The notes: generated by a model not told the origin, from the sequence alone. DNA of 49,605 bases from Candidatus Zixiibacteriota bacterium (GCA_041742355.1 JBGSIV010000062.1:1-49605), one strand, 5' to 3'. Counted from the stretch's first letter, positions 31,005 to 40,859 are shown. Numbers and translations: made by a program.

Positions 31005-31541
31005 TTAGCTTCGGGCTGTCGACGAGGATCCCTCGCGGATCGTCTTCAGCTTATCACGGAGTTCGGCAGCCCGCTCAAAATCTTCACCCTCGATTGCTTT
31101 GGCCAGCTCGCCCTCGAGACGCTCCTCTTCCTTCACGGGAATAGCCTCGTCATCCTGCCCCGGCAGCAAGAGCGGAATCGGGCGCTGGCCGCGGTGCAGC
31201 GACGCACCGTGGATCTTGCGCATGATCGGCTCCAGCCGGCCCCGGAACGTCTTGTAGCAGTCCCCGCAGCCGAACCGCCCCTGCCGGGTGAACATCGTAA
31301 AAGTCAGACCGCAGGTGGGACAGCTGATCTGCTCGCCGGTCTCGACGGGCAGAGGGTTGTGGGGCGACGCGGCCAGCCCGGTGAGAATGTCCGCCAGGGG
31401 AAACGGCACGTTCTCCAGCGGTGAGTGAAAACCACGCGCTGCCGCACACTGCTTGCAGAGGTTGAGCGTCGTCTTCTCGTTGTTGATGATCTGCGTCAGG
31501 TGAACCTGCGCCTCATTCTTTTTACAGTCCTGGCAAAGCAT
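31005..31541 (-). CDS. mcsA: McsB activator McsA
   Basis: Four CxxC motifs (CQDC, CKQC, CPTC, CGDC) and C-terminal UVR domain EDFERAAELRD. Alternative GTG start at 31559 overlaps the lolD stop. Confidence 0.95.
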   Translation of the reverse strand: MLCQDCKKNEAQVHLTQIINNEKTTLNLCKQCAAARGFHSPLENVPFPLADILTGLAASPHNPLPVETGEQISCPTCGLTFTMFTRQGRFGCGDCYKTFRGRLEPIMRKIHGASLHRGQRPIPLLLPGQDDEAIPVKEEERLEGELAKAIEGEDFERAAELRDKLKTIREGSSSTARS

Positions 31542-31555
31542 GGGCTCTCCACTGT

Positions 31556-32245
31556 TCACGGTTTTTCACACAGCCTGCCCTCGATAATCTCAAGGGTGCG
31601 GTGACAACCATCGGCCAGCTCCCGGTTATGCGTCGCTATGAGAAACGCGATATTCTGTTCGCGATTGAGTCGGAATAAGAGATCGTGCAGCATACGGCCC
31701 GTAGTTGTATCCAGATCGCCCGATGGTTCGTCGGCCAGAACAATCCCCGGATCATTCGCCAACGCCCTGGCGACCGCCACGCGTTGTTGTTCACCGCCCG
31801 AAAGCTGTGTCGGACGGTGGTTTACTCTATCCTTTAAACCTACCATCGCCAGCATCTGTTCCGCTTTCTTCCCCGCCGCGCTATGGCTCTTGCCGGCGAC
31901 CAGCATCGGAATCATGACATTCTCCACTGCTGAGAAATCCTCCAGCAGGTAGTGGAACTGGAAGACAAAGCCCACGTGTCGATTGCGGAACGCGGCCAGC
32001 TGGGTTTCGTTCTTGTCACCTAGGTAGGTTCCGCCGATCTCCACTTTGCCGCTGGTCGGACGATCCAGTCCGCCGAGCAGATGCAGCAGAGTCGATTTGC
32101 CTACCCCTGAAGCTCCTGTGACAGCAACCATCTCCCCGCACGGCATAGTCAGAGAGATCCCCTGCAACACATGCAGGGTGGCATCGGGAGTACGGAAATC
32201 CCGGTGTATGTCGGTGGCCCGCAAAATCGTTTCGCTGTTGTCCAT
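31556..32245 (-). CDS. lolD: Lipoprotein-releasing ABC transporter ATPase LolD
   Basis: GASGVGKST, FRNRHVGFVFQFHYLL, LSGGEQQRVA and LADEP; downstream of a lolC/E permease. Confidence 0.9.
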   Translation of the reverse strand: MDNSETILRATDIHRDFRTPDATLHVLQGISLTMPCGEMVAVTGASGVGKSTLLHLLGGLDRPTSGKVEIGGTYLGDKNETQLAAFRNRHVGFVFQFHYLLEDFSAVENVMIPMLVAGKSHSAAGKKAEQMLAMVGLKDRVNHRPTQLSGGEQQRVAVARALANDPGIVLADEPSGDLDTTTGRMLHDLLFRLNREQNIAFLIATHNRELADGCHRTLEIIEGRLCEKP

Positions 32246-32345
32246 TCTCGGTCTGCTTTACCCTGTAGCTGCCTCCGATGAGGGGTACACTACTATTTTC
32301 GCCATAATCCGGTAAACGTTTAGTATATCAAGCAATTTCAGTCAC

Positions 32346-33575
32346 TTACCGACGCAAAACCTCGACAACCGGCAGTCGCGACGCCTGGTGCGCCGGATAC
32401 AGCGCGGCCAGAAAACAGATCACGAACGTCGCCAGCCCGGCAATCAGAAAATCGAGGATGTGGGTTTCGATCGGGAGGTAGCTGATGAAGTAGATATCCG
32501 GAGGGAGACTGACTATCTGGTACCGATTCTGTATCCATGAGGCCGCGAGGGCCAGAATCCAACCGCCGATAACCCCCCCGGCGGCGATTGCTAACCCCTT
32601 ATATACAAATATCTTGCGAATCGAGGCCGGAGTCGAGCCGATCGTTTTGAGGATACCGATCTCGGCCCGCTTCTCCATCGTCAGCATGACTAGCGTCGAA
32701 ATGATCGAGAATGCGGCCACAAGGACAATGAGAATGAAGCCCAGGAATAGCACTTTCTTCTCGATTGCAATCCAGGCAAAGAGGTTGCGGTGGAGAATGT
32801 TCCACGGCACCACTTCGTACTCGAAGTTCAGCATCGAGTCGATAATCGGCCGGAGCTTCTCGGCCTGGTACACGTCATCCAGCCGCATGTGCACCGTGGT
32901 CACCGCATCGCCGGTGCGGAACAACTTCTGGGCAGCCGGCAGCGAAATGTAAGCCAGTTGGGCGTCGAATTCGAACATGCCGGTTTCGAACACGCCGGCA
33001 ATGTAAAACTTGGCCACCCGCGGACGGGTATTCTTCTTTATATCCTCACCCCGCAATGACCAGAGGAAGACTTCGCTTCCGAGGTAAGCTCCCAATCGAT
33101 CGGCCAGATTCTTGCCGATGATCATGCCGGGAATCGTGTCCTCCGCAGTCACCACCTCTTCGAATGTATACTCCCCGGCCACCACATTCTGAGCTATCAG
33201 TGAGGTCTTTGCCTCCTGGTCTGGATCGATTCCGCGGATAATGATGCCGTCGCCCATCGTCTGCGACGCGATCGCCGCTTTGTAGTAGATGAACGGCGAT
33301 GCCGCGGCGACCCCGGGGACCCTTTGGACCGAGTCGACCAGCTCACGATAATTGGTGATAAACTCCCCGGCGCGTACCGGGAATATGGAGATGTGGGAGG
33401 TGGTGCCCAACAGGCGGGTGCGAATCTCAGATTCGAAACCGTTGTGCATGGACATAACGAAACAGACTACAGCGACTCCGAGGGTCACCCCGAGAATCGT
33501 GATCCAGGTCGCGACCGAGATGAAAAACCGCCCCGATCGGAGGTAGCGCCGCGCTACGAATCGCTCATATCCCAT
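32346..33575 (-). CDS. lolE: Lipoprotein-releasing ABC transporter permease LolC/E
   Basis: FVARRYLRS, VMSMHNGFE, VAAFSIIST...EIGILKTIG, IYFISYLP and AALYPA. Confidence 0.9.
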   Translation of the reverse strand: MGYERFVARRYLRSGRFFISVATWITILGVTLGVAVVCFVMSMHNGFESEIRTRLLGTTSHISIFPVRAGEFITNYRELVDSVQRVPGVAAASPFIYYKAAIASQTMGDGIIIRGIDPDQEAKTSLIAQNVVAGEYTFEEVVTAEDTIPGMIIGKNLADRLGAYLGSEVFLWSLRGEDIKKNTRPRVAKFYIAGVFETGMFEFDAQLAYISLPAAQKLFRTGDAVTTVHMRLDDVYQAEKLRPIIDSMLNFEYEVVPWNILHRNLFAWIAIEKKVLFLGFILIVLVAAFSIISTLVMLTMEKRAEIGILKTIGSTPASIRKIFVYKGLAIAAGGVIGGWILALAASWIQNRYQIVSLPPDIYFISYLPIETHILDFLIAGLATFVICFLAALYPAHQASRLPVVEVLRR

Positions 33576-33905
33576 GCATCATTCCGTCCCTGGTGTTTTG
33601 CACCCGAAAGTCCTGTTGTCACACTAACGTATTATACCCCGCAGTCTGTCAAGAGCAATGTTTTTCGGGCAGTGTTTGTCCTGATGACGCCCCGCTTCCC
33701 TGCGTTTTCGCGCTCTGGCCGCTGCATCTCTTTCCGCTCGCGTGGCAAAGGGCAACGGGATAGCGGTATTCCCGGCGTGTGTTGCGGCCGGGCTCCCGCA
33801 CTCACAGGGTAACGTCTTGTGAATTCCGTCGCATGGCCGGAGCGACTCCGCGGCACTCGATCTTAACTCGACCCGTCGACGCCCGCAAAAGTGATTGCCT
33901 CGCGC

Positions 33906-33931
33906 GCAACTTCCTTCGATATTGGACCGTA
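33906..33931 (+). promoter_or_regulatory. Candidate ECF-sigma promoter GCAAC-N17-CGTA
   Basis: AAC in the -35 and CGT in the -10, as in many ECF promoters; 61 nt upstream of the VOC gene. Confidence 0.45.
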
Positions 33932-33992
33932 GTCAGAACATGAACTGAATTGCTCTACTATTACCACACAGTTGCAACAGAAGGAGTATCCT

Positions 33993-34349
33993 ATGGGCCA
34001 GCCGGTCGTGCATTTCGAGATCTCGGGCAGGGATTACAAGAAGTCGATCGAATTCTACAAGCACCTCTTTGATTGGAAAGTCGAGGAGTGGGCCGCTTTT
34101 CCGTACGGCATGGTGCAGCCGGAAGGGGAACGGTCGATCGGCGGCGGCATTGGGCCTGTCCAGGATGGTCAGCAGCCGAGTGTGACATTTTACATTATGG
34201 TTGATGATCTGCAGGCCTATCTCAACAAGGCCGAGCAGCTCGGCGGCCGGACTATCGTCCCACCGTCACCGATCCCCGGCGTTGGATCGATGGCGATGTT
34301 TTCCGATCCCGATGGCAACATTCTCGGGTTGTTCAAGTCGGGCGAGTAG
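33993..34349 (+). CDS. VOC / glyoxalase / bleomycin-resistance family protein
   Basis: PVVHFEI...FYKHLFDW, YIMVDDL and FSDPDGNILGL; AAGGAG RBS. Confidence 0.92.
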   Translation: MGQPVVHFEISGRDYKKSIEFYKHLFDWKVEEWAAFPYGMVQPEGERSIGGGIGPVQDGQQPSVTFYIMVDDLQAYLNKAEQLGGRTIVPPSPIPGVGSMAMFSDPDGNILGLFKSGE

Positions 34350-34376
34350 GTTTGCGGCACGCCTGCTTGGGAATTC

Positions 34377-34410
34377 CGCCCGCCACAGCGCTCGTGGCGG
34401 GCGTTCATTT
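34377..34410 (+). terminator. Intrinsic terminator after the VOC gene
   Basis: CGCCCGCCAC-AGCGCTC-GTGGCGGGCG followed by TTCATTT. Confidence 0.75.
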
Positions 34411-34485
34411 GTACCCGGGTGCGGTTGCGATGGCCCCGGTCTTTCTGGTCTATCGTACTGATTTTCAACGTCTTGCAGTTTCTCC

Positions 34486-34513
34486 TTGCCTTTCTGCCGC
34501 CAGTTTCTATATT
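34486..34513 (+). promoter_or_regulatory. Sigma70-type promoter for rpmA, TTGCCT-N16-TATATT
   Basis: Located 110 nt upstream of the rpmA ATG and just after a terminator. Confidence 0.5.
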
Positions 34514-34622
34514 TGAAGGCTGTTGTCGGCGGCAGTTCGATGCCGATGGAACAGCATGGTCGGCCACGCGCTTAAGCGTGGGTAGACGGAAAAAGAAGAT
34601 CGAATCGGAAATAGAGGTTACT

Positions 34623-34892
34623 ATGGCGCACAAGAAAGGCGTAGGCTCGTCAAAGAACGGCCGCGACTCACAGGGCCAACGGCGAGGCACCAAGCGGTAC
34701 GATGGCCAGGTCATTTCGGCCGGCTCGATTATCGTCCGCCAGTGCGGCACGCGCATCCGTCCGGGCGAAAACGTCGGTATCGGGAGTGACAACACCCTGT
34801 TTGCCAAGATCGACGGGATCGTGAAATTCCAACGCGTCGGCCGCGAACACAAACAGGTGTCGGTGCTGGAACTGGTCGAAGAGACCGTCTAA
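34623..34892 (+). CDS. rpmA: 50S ribosomal protein bL27
   Basis: [16 protein letters not shown]...[10 protein letters not shown]...[17 protein letters not shown]. Confidence 0.98.
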   Translation: MAHKKGVGSSKNGRDSQGQRRGTKRYDGQVISAGSIIVRQCGTRIRPGENVGIGSDNTLFAKIDGIVKFQRVGREHKQVSVLELVEETV

Positions 34893-34911
34893 GCGTCCAA
34901 GTGCAAAATTG

Positions 34912-34952
34912 AAAGCCACCGGCGGTACTGCCTCCGGTGGCTTTTCTGTTTT
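34912..34952 (+). terminator. Intrinsic terminator after rpmA
   Basis: AAAGCCACCGG...CCGGTGGCTTT followed by TCTGTTTT. Confidence 0.85.
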
Positions 34953-34976
34953 GCGTTGTGCAAGGAACCTCGCACG

Positions 34977-35549
34977 CTACCGGCTTCCTCCCCTGGCACG
35001 CTCCAGCCCGTCATAATCAACCAGTGCCGCGACCGCCTGCAGGTCGGCGACCTCCCGCACCCCTTCTCCCTGCACGATCACCAGCATCCGATCCCCGAGG
35101 CGGACATAGATGATCCCCAGCGCGATATCACTCTCGCCGTACTGGATAATCTGGGTGGCGCGCCGCCCCCCGATTTCGATCGATTCTTCGGTCGTGCCGG
35201 GATCGAGGTACCCGAGCATCGGCAGGAACGGCTCCAGTTCAATTCGGCTGCGCCCGCCGTCGGCAATGGTCACCGCAATGAAGCTCTGTTCCCCTTCGGG
35301 GGTTTCGCGGACGTAGTTGCGGCGCGCGCTTGAAAAACTGGCGGCGCGTCCGGTGTCAGCCTGAGTTCCCGCGGCGCGTGAACCGCCCTTAGCCTCGCCG
35401 GCCACGAATCCGCTGATTGAATCGGGAAGGAACTGGGCCAGTGTCGGCCAGTCGAGGGCGGCCTTCTGGGCACGCGCGGGCGCTGCCGACAGGACGACCG
35501 ATGCGGCCAGTGTCAGGCCGAAGAGCAAACTAATCCGGGTGTTCATCAT
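34977..35549 (-). CDS. Exported hypothetical protein
   Basis: Signal peptide ending AAPARA; AGGAG RBS before ATG 35549; LAQFLPDSISGF segment. Confidence 0.7.
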   Translation of the reverse strand: MMNTRISLLFGLTLAASVVLSAAPARAQKAALDWPTLAQFLPDSISGFVAGEAKGGSRAAGTQADTGRAASFSSARRNYVRETPEGEQSFIAVTIADGGRSRIELEPFLPMLGYLDPGTTEESIEIGGRRATQIIQYGESDIALGIIYVRLGDRMLVIVQGEGVREVADLQAVAALVDYDGLERARGGSR

Positions 35550-35671
35550 TCTCACTCCTGAAGCCGGGCTCTACGCTATAGGTATAATATTATATGCAGG
35601 GACGGACCGAACCAGACAAAAAAAGCGAATTGGGATTGCATCGGCGGTCGATCCTCCTATATTCGGCGGGT

Positions 35672-37873
35672 ATGAGTAGACTCCTCGACGACCTCAATGA
35701 ACCGCAGCGCGACGCGGTCTGTACGACCGAAGGACCGCTGCTGATTATCGCGGGCGCCGGTTCCGGCAAGACCCGGGTGCTCACCCGGCGGCTCGCCTAC
35801 ATCCTCACCCAGCGCCTGGCCCAGCCCCACGAACTCCTCGCGGTGACCTTCACCAACAAAGCCGCCGGCGAAATGAAGGAACGGGTTGCAGCGCTCCTCG
35901 GCGGCTCCATGATGGACATGAACGTGTCGACGTTTCACTCCTTCTGCGCCCGCTTTCTCCGGCGCGAGGGAGAAGCGATCGGATACGACCACGACTTCAC
36001 CATCTTCGACACCGCCGACGGCGAGACGCTGATGAAGAACTGCATCAAGTCGCTCGGCCTCTCCTCCAGCCAGTTCACGCCCAAGGCCCAGCTGCGGAAG
36101 ATCTCGGCGGCCAAAAACAAATTCATTTCGGCCGAGGCTTTCGCCCAGGCTGCCATCGGCTACTTCGAGCAGACCACCGCGAAGCTCTACCAGCTCTACC
36201 AGCAGCGGCTGCGTGAGTGCAACGCCATGGATTTCGACGACCTCCTCGTCAACTCCGTCGCCCTGTTGCGCAACCACGCCGACATCGGCGAACGCTACCG
36301 TCTCCGCTACCGCTACATCATGGTCGACGAGTACCAGGACACAAATCATGTCCAGTACCTTCTCTTGAAGTACCTCGTCGGCGAGCACAAGAACATTTGC
36401 GTGGTCGGCGACGAGGACCAGTCGATATACGGATGGCGCGGCGCCGACATCCGCAATATCCTCGATTTTGAGAAGGACTACCCCGGCGCGAAAGTGATCA
36501 AGCTGGAGACCAACTACCGTTCCACCGATGTCATCCTCGCGGCGGCGGCGGGTGTTATCCAGAACAACGAGGCGCGCAAGCAGAAGACCCTGCGCACCGA
36601 CCGCAAGGGAGGCGACAGGATCGGCCTGGTGCTGGTCGACTCGGCCGACGACGAAGCCATGCGCGTCGTCGATATTGTGCAGAAGGAACGCGCCGCCACG
36701 CAGCTGGCGCAAATGGTCATCCTCTACCGCACCAACGCCCAGTCCCGCGCTTTTGAAGAGCAGCTCCGGCGGCGTTCGCTCCCGTACCAGATTGTCGGGG
36801 GCATCTCCTTCTACCAGCGCAAAGAAATCAAAGACCTCATGGCGTATCTGAAGCTGATCTGCAATCCCAAGGATAATGTCAGCTTCGCGCGGGTCGTCAA
36901 CTACCCCAAGCGCGGCTTCGGCGAAAAGAGCATCGCGGATCTCGAGGAGATTGCCCGCCGCGCCAATCGTTCACTTTACGAGACGGCCGCGGCACCCGAC
37001 AGCGCAAGCGAACTGGGGAGCCGCCCGGCGCGACTGCTCCAGTCGTTCGTTGCCCTGATCGAAAAATACCGCGAACAACAGGACACGGTGTCGACCGATC
37101 TGCTCACCGCCGATCTGGTCAACGAACTGAAACTGCTGGAAGCCATCCGCAGCGACGACGATGAGGTTACCGCCGAAACCAGGATCGAGAATATCGAGGC
37201 CTTTATCGAAGGTGTCGCCGAATACAGCCGCCGTCATCCCGACGGCACGTTGTCGGACTACCTCGCCGAAATCTCGCTGTTCACCGATATCGATGCGTAC
37301 GACGAATCGGAGGATAAGCTGACGCTCATGTCGGTCCATTCCGCTAAAGGGCTGGAGTACGACATGGTCTACATCGTCGGCCTCGAGGAGGGATTGTTCC
37401 CACTGGCGCGGACGGTGTCCGAGCCCATGGAGTTGGAGGAAGAGCGCCGGCTGTTCTATGTCGGCGCCACCCGCGCCCGCAGGAAATTGTACCTGGCCTC
37501 GGCGACCAACCGTTTCCGCTTCGGTCAAATGGCCTCGATTCCGTCGCGCTTCATAAAGGAGATTCCCGAGCACCTGCTCGAGCGGGTCGACCTGCGCACC
37601 CAGCGTCACTACGAACTCGCCGCCGAATCCGAGCGCCCTGGATCGTTTTTTGGCTCATCTCCCGCGGCAAAGGCAACCGGCGGCGTGCATTATGAGTATG
37701 ATACCGAAGACAGCCTGCGTGCGGGGCGAATCGTGCAACACCCGACTTTCGGGCGCGGCAAGGTCATCAGTGCGGAGGGATACGGTGAGTCGTTGATGCT
37801 CGAGATCCTGTTCCAGGGGATCGGCGTGAAGAAGATCATGGCAAAGTACGCCAGGCTGACGGTGGTGGGCTGA
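35672..37873 (+). CDS. pcrA: UvrD/PcrA superfamily 1 helicase
   Basis: AGAGSGKT, TFTNKAA, VDEYQDTN, VGDEDQSIYGWRGA, NYRST, HSAKGLE, EEERRLFYV and a C-terminal HPTFGRG Tudor-like domain. Confidence 0.97.
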   Translation: MSRLLDDLNEPQRDAVCTTEGPLLIIAGAGSGKTRVLTRRLAYILTQRLAQPHELLAVTFTNKAAGEMKERVAALLGGSMMDMNVSTFHSFCARFLRREGEAIGYDHDFTIFDTADGETLMKNCIKSLGLSSSQFTPKAQLRKISAAKNKFISAEAFAQAAIGYFEQTTAKLYQLYQQRLRECNAMDFDDLLVNSVALLRNHADIGERYRLRYRYIMVDEYQDTNHVQYLLLKYLVGEHKNICVVGDEDQSIYGWRGADIRNILDFEKDYPGAKVIKLETNYRSTDVILAAAAGVIQNNEARKQKTLRTDRKGGDRIGLVLVDSADDEAMRVVDIVQKERAATQLAQMVILYRTNAQSRAFEEQLRRRSLPYQIVGGISFYQRKEIKDLMAYLKLICNPKDNVSFARVVNYPKRGFGEKSIADLEEIARRANRSLYETAAAPDSASELGSRPARLLQSFVALIEKYREQQDTVSTDLLTADLVNELKLLEAIRSDDDEVTAETRIENIEAFIEGVAEYSRRHPDGTLSDYLAEISLFTDIDAYDESEDKLTLMSVHSAKGLEYDMVYIVGLEEGLFPLARTVSEPMELEEERRLFYVGATRARRKLYLASATNRFRFGQMASIPSRFIKEIPEHLLERVDLRTQRHYELAAESERPGSFFGSSPAAKATGGVHYEYDTEDSLRAGRIVQHPTFGRGKVISAEGYGESLMLEILFQGIGVKKIMAKYARLTVVG

Positions 37874-38149
37874 CGCGATCGGCGAGAATCCGTCACTGCG
37901 GTGTTTTCCCACCGGTTTGCCTACGCGACAAAGTAGGGATCGCCCCCAGTGCGATTCTCGGGCCGGCAACCGTATGTAGTGTACCAAGAGCCCACCCCCG
38001 CCGCCTATCGCCCCTGCAACTTTCCGAATCTGCTTGTCAGGCGATAGCTTACAGAGTATACTGAGTTGGATGAAGGCCCAGCCCGGGTCCCCTGTCGAGT
38101 GCAAGCCGGGGCGACATCCCTGTCCGCGGGCTGGAATATGATCTCAAAG

Positions 38150-38177
38150 GGAACTTTCACGACCGGAGGCTTTGTTC
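38150..38177 (+). promoter_or_regulatory. Candidate autoregulatory ECF promoter GGAAC-N19-GTTC
   Basis: Resembles SigH/SigR-type GGAAC...GTT promoters, directly upstream of the ECF gene; the spacer is slightly long. Confidence 0.45.
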
Positions 38178-38223
38178 CTAAAAGTAAGCAATGGCTTGCT
38201 TTACCGGTCGGGATAGGATTCAG

Positions 38224-38841
38224 ATGGAACCCATGACAGACGGTAAAGCGAAAACAGGCGACGAGAAGAAGAGAGAACTCGAAAAGCGGAAAGCATTCGA
38301 GAGAGAAGCGCTGCCGCACATGGACGCTCTCTACCGCACCGCGCTTCGGATGACCAAGAACAGCAACGACGCCGAAGATCTGGTGCAAGAGGCGTACGTC
38401 AAGGCTTACCGCTTCTGGGATCGGTTCGAACCAGGGTCGAATTGTCGGGCATGGTTGTTCAAGATCATGACCAACATCTTCATCAACGATTACCGGTCCA
38501 AATCCCGTTCGCCGATGTCGGTCAATGTCGATGAGATCGACGACAGTTTCCTCTACGGGCAGCTGGCCGCAACCGCGCCCAGCGACAACCCGGAAAAGGA
38601 GCTGTTTGCGAAGATATTCGACGACGATGTCAAGCGGGCAATCGAAGAGCTGCCGGAGGATTTCAGACTCGTGGTTGTACTGTCTTTCCTTGAAGGATTT
38701 TCTTACCAGGAAATCGCCGACATCGCCGATCTTCAGTTGGGAACAGTAAAATCGCGCCTGCATCGGGGGAGAAAGCTGTTGCAGAAAGCGCTCTATGACT
38801 ATGCGATCAAAAACGGCTACATCAAGGACACGGCGAAATGA
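38224..38841 (+). CDS. ECF sigma factor (SigH/SigR-like)
   Basis: FEREALPHMDALYRTALRMT, DAEDLVQE, AWLFKIMTNIFINDYR and SYQEIA...GTVKSRLHRGR. Confidence 0.95.
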   Translation: MEPMTDGKAKTGDEKKRELEKRKAFEREALPHMDALYRTALRMTKNSNDAEDLVQEAYVKAYRFWDRFEPGSNCRAWLFKIMTNIFINDYRSKSRSPMSVNVDEIDDSFLYGQLAATAPSDNPEKELFAKIFDDDVKRAIEELPEDFRLVVVLSFLEGFSYQEIADIADLQLGTVKSRLHRGRKLLQKALYDYAIKNGYIKDTAK

Positions 38842-39641
38842 ATTGTCAGGAAGCTCTAAACCTGTTGTACGACATTATCGACAAAGAAGCCTCTGAAATC
38901 GATGTCAAGCAGGTGGAAGAACATCTCGAAAAGTGCAGCGACTGCTTTGAAAAGTACCGCCTCGAAGCCGAAATCCAGAACTTTCTTTCCGAGAAGTTCC
39001 GGAAAGCGAACGGCGAGGCGGCCCGCGATGCACTGAAAGCCAGGATCCTCGATCAACTCGACGAAGTCGATCACACGGGCACAGCGGCCAAAGGCCGGGA
39101 GAACCAGCGCCCTTTTAGGTTTGCCGCCACCGTCATGGTGGCGGCTGCTTCACTGGTCGTTCTCATCGGAGCCGGGGTTTACGGCGCGCGCCTCTACACG
39201 CACCAGACCCGGTTCGTCCCGCTGGAAAAATCCCACTGGTCTATGACCGCCTCGCTATCCGACGCAACCCTCCAGACCGCCGCCGACCGGCTTGTCGCCG
39301 AGGCCCGGGCCCGCTACGGTTACGATCTCCGGCCCATTATCGGCAATCATCGCCTCGTTTCCGCGCGCCTCGACACGGTGCTCGGAACCGAGCTGCTGCA
39401 TTACATCTATCTCGTCGAGGGGAGCAGTGTCTCGGTTTTCCTCGCGCCCGCCGCCTTCTTCGAGCAGGTCAACAACGACCGGCTTGAGGAGGTCGTACAC
39501 AACCAAATTCACTTCTTTGACCACGACTGCCGCGGCTGCCGGGTGGTTCTCCACCAGGTGGGTCGGGCTGTCGTCATCACGGCGTCGAGCGACCGCTCCG
39601 TCAACCTGCTCGAGTTTGTGCCTGGCCGCACGATCATCTGA
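38838..39641 (+). CDS. Zinc-binding (ZAS, zf-HC2) transmembrane anti-sigma factor
   Basis: MNC...HLEKCSDC (HxxxCxxC), one transmembrane segment (VMVAAASLVVLIGAGV), ATGA overlap with the sigma gene. Confidence 0.9.
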   Translation: MNCQEALNLLYDIIDKEASEIDVKQVEEHLEKCSDCFEKYRLEAEIQNFLSEKFRKANGEAARDALKARILDQLDEVDHTGTAAKGRENQRPFRFAATVMVAAASLVVLIGAGVYGARLYTHQTRFVPLEKSHWSMTASLSDATLQTAADRLVAEARARYGYDLRPIIGNHRLVSARLDTVLGTELLHYIYLVEGSSVSVFLAPAAFFEQVNNDRLEEVVHNQIHFFDHDCRGCRVVLHQVGRAVVITASSDRSVNLLEFVPGRTII

Positions 39642-39783
39642 CCGGTCCCCGGTTGTCTGGCTGTACTCCTCTGCATCGCATCCTGCTGCGACATTGCGCT
39701 TCCGAGCCGAATCACCGGTGCGTCCGGCGCCGATCGGACGGGACGGTACGCCTTGGAGTCGCACGCGACAAACGATCAACCCC

Positions 39784-39814
39784 TCAATAAGTTCACGCTT
39801 ACAGCCGATACTAG
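39784..39814 (+). promoter_or_regulatory. Sigma28-like promoter TCAA-N16-GCCGATAC-TAG
   Basis: Close match to the TAAA-N15/16-GCCGATAA consensus; ATG lies 7 nt after the -10 box. Confidence 0.6.
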
Positions 39815-39818
39815 GAGC

Positions 39819-40859
39819 ATGAAGTCGGCTGTCGCAACTACCGTCACACAACTGCTGCTGGGTGCCGCTGCAATTCTTGCCCTGGCAGGCGCCGTCGGCG
39901 CAGCCCAGGCGCAGCCAGACTCGGCTCAGATCGTACGAATCCTCGCCCTGCAGGATCAGTTGTACCGTGACCGTTTTGTGGCCGCGGAATCCCTCGCGGC
40001 CGACTTCACCACCGCATACCCCGATCATGCGCTCGGTTACCTGTTCAAAGCGATCACGCTGGTGAGCGCGATGTACGATGCCGAGGAAAGCTCGCGCGCC
40101 GATCACTTCCATGCCCTGCTTGATTCGGCTCAAGCTCTGGCGATTGATGCTGTGAAAACTGCCTCCGGAACCGAACGCGCCTGGGCCTTTCTTGTGCTCG
40201 GGCACGTTGAATCCTACCGCGCGGTGTGGGAAGTACGATTCGGTTCAAGATTGTCTGCGGCGCGCAAGGGGCGCGCCGGGGCGGCTCACTATCGTCGCGG
40301 CCTTGCTGCCGACAGCACCCTCGGCGACCTCTACTTCGGACTCGGCCTCTACCACTACTGGAAATCGGCCAAGGCGGGGGTGTTGCGGTGGATCGGTCTG
40401 GTTGCCGACGACAAGGAAAGAGGCTACGCGCAGTTGCAGCGAGCCGCAGCTCACTCGACCATTTCGCAACAGGCCGCCGGATCCGCCCTCATCTGGGTCC
40501 ACTTCGACCGCAACGAATGGGATTCCGCGATCATACTTTGCAACGAGTTGCTGGAGCGCTACCCTGAGAACCACAGCTTTCTGTGGCCGCTGGCGAAAGC
40601 GCATGCGGGTGCCGAACGTTTTGCTGAGGCGGCCGCGATCTATGCCCGACTGCGTTCCCACTACGCCGACAATCCCGGCAACTACCACAACCTGATCGAG
40701 TGCGACTACCATCTTGCCCGGTGCTACGATCGACTCGATCGCCCCGAGGCACTCGCCCGGGCGACCGACCAGGCTGCTGGGTACCTCGATCACCTGTCCA
40801 CGGATATTCGTGACCGCCAGAGTGAACGCATCCGCTACCTTAGCGAGGCGGAGGACTGA
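39819..40859 (+). CDS. Exported TPR-repeat protein
   Basis: Signal peptide ending AAQA; TPR-like repeats DLYFGLGLYHY, WPLAKAHAGAERFAEAAAIY and YHLARCYDRL. Confidence 0.78.
   Translation: MKSAVATTVTQLLLGAAAILALAGAVGAAQAQPDSAQIVRILALQDQLYRDRFVAAESLAADFTTAYPDHALGYLFKAITLVSAMYDAEESSRADHFHALLDSAQALAIDAVKTASGTERAWAFLVLGHVESYRAVWEVRFGSRLSAARKGRAGAAHYRRGLAADSTLGDLYFGLGLYHYWKSAKAGVLRWIGLVADDKERGYAQLQRAAAHSTISQQAAGSALIWVHFDRNEWDSAIILCNELLERYPENHSFLWPLAKAHAGAERFAEAAAIYARLRSHYADNPGNYHNLIECDYHLARCYDRLDRPEALARATDQAAGYLDHLSTDIRDRQSERIRYLSEAED

Noticed and set aside
33576..33900. Long lolE/VOC intergenic region as an ncRNA or small ORF
   Set aside because: Only promoter-like elements (minus-strand TATAAT at 33631-33636) and weak hairpins; no RNA family recognised and no small ORF with an RBS.
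34419..34622. N-terminally extended bL27 (Prp-cleaved type) suggested by the 157-aa ORF
   Set aside because: The extension spans the promoter and leader, the canonical MAHKK start has its own RBS, and there is no prp gene or LQxFA cleavage motif next to AHKK.
35583..35594. TATAATATTATA palindrome between divergent genes
   Set aside because: Explained as back-to-back -10 hexamers; no evidence for an operator.
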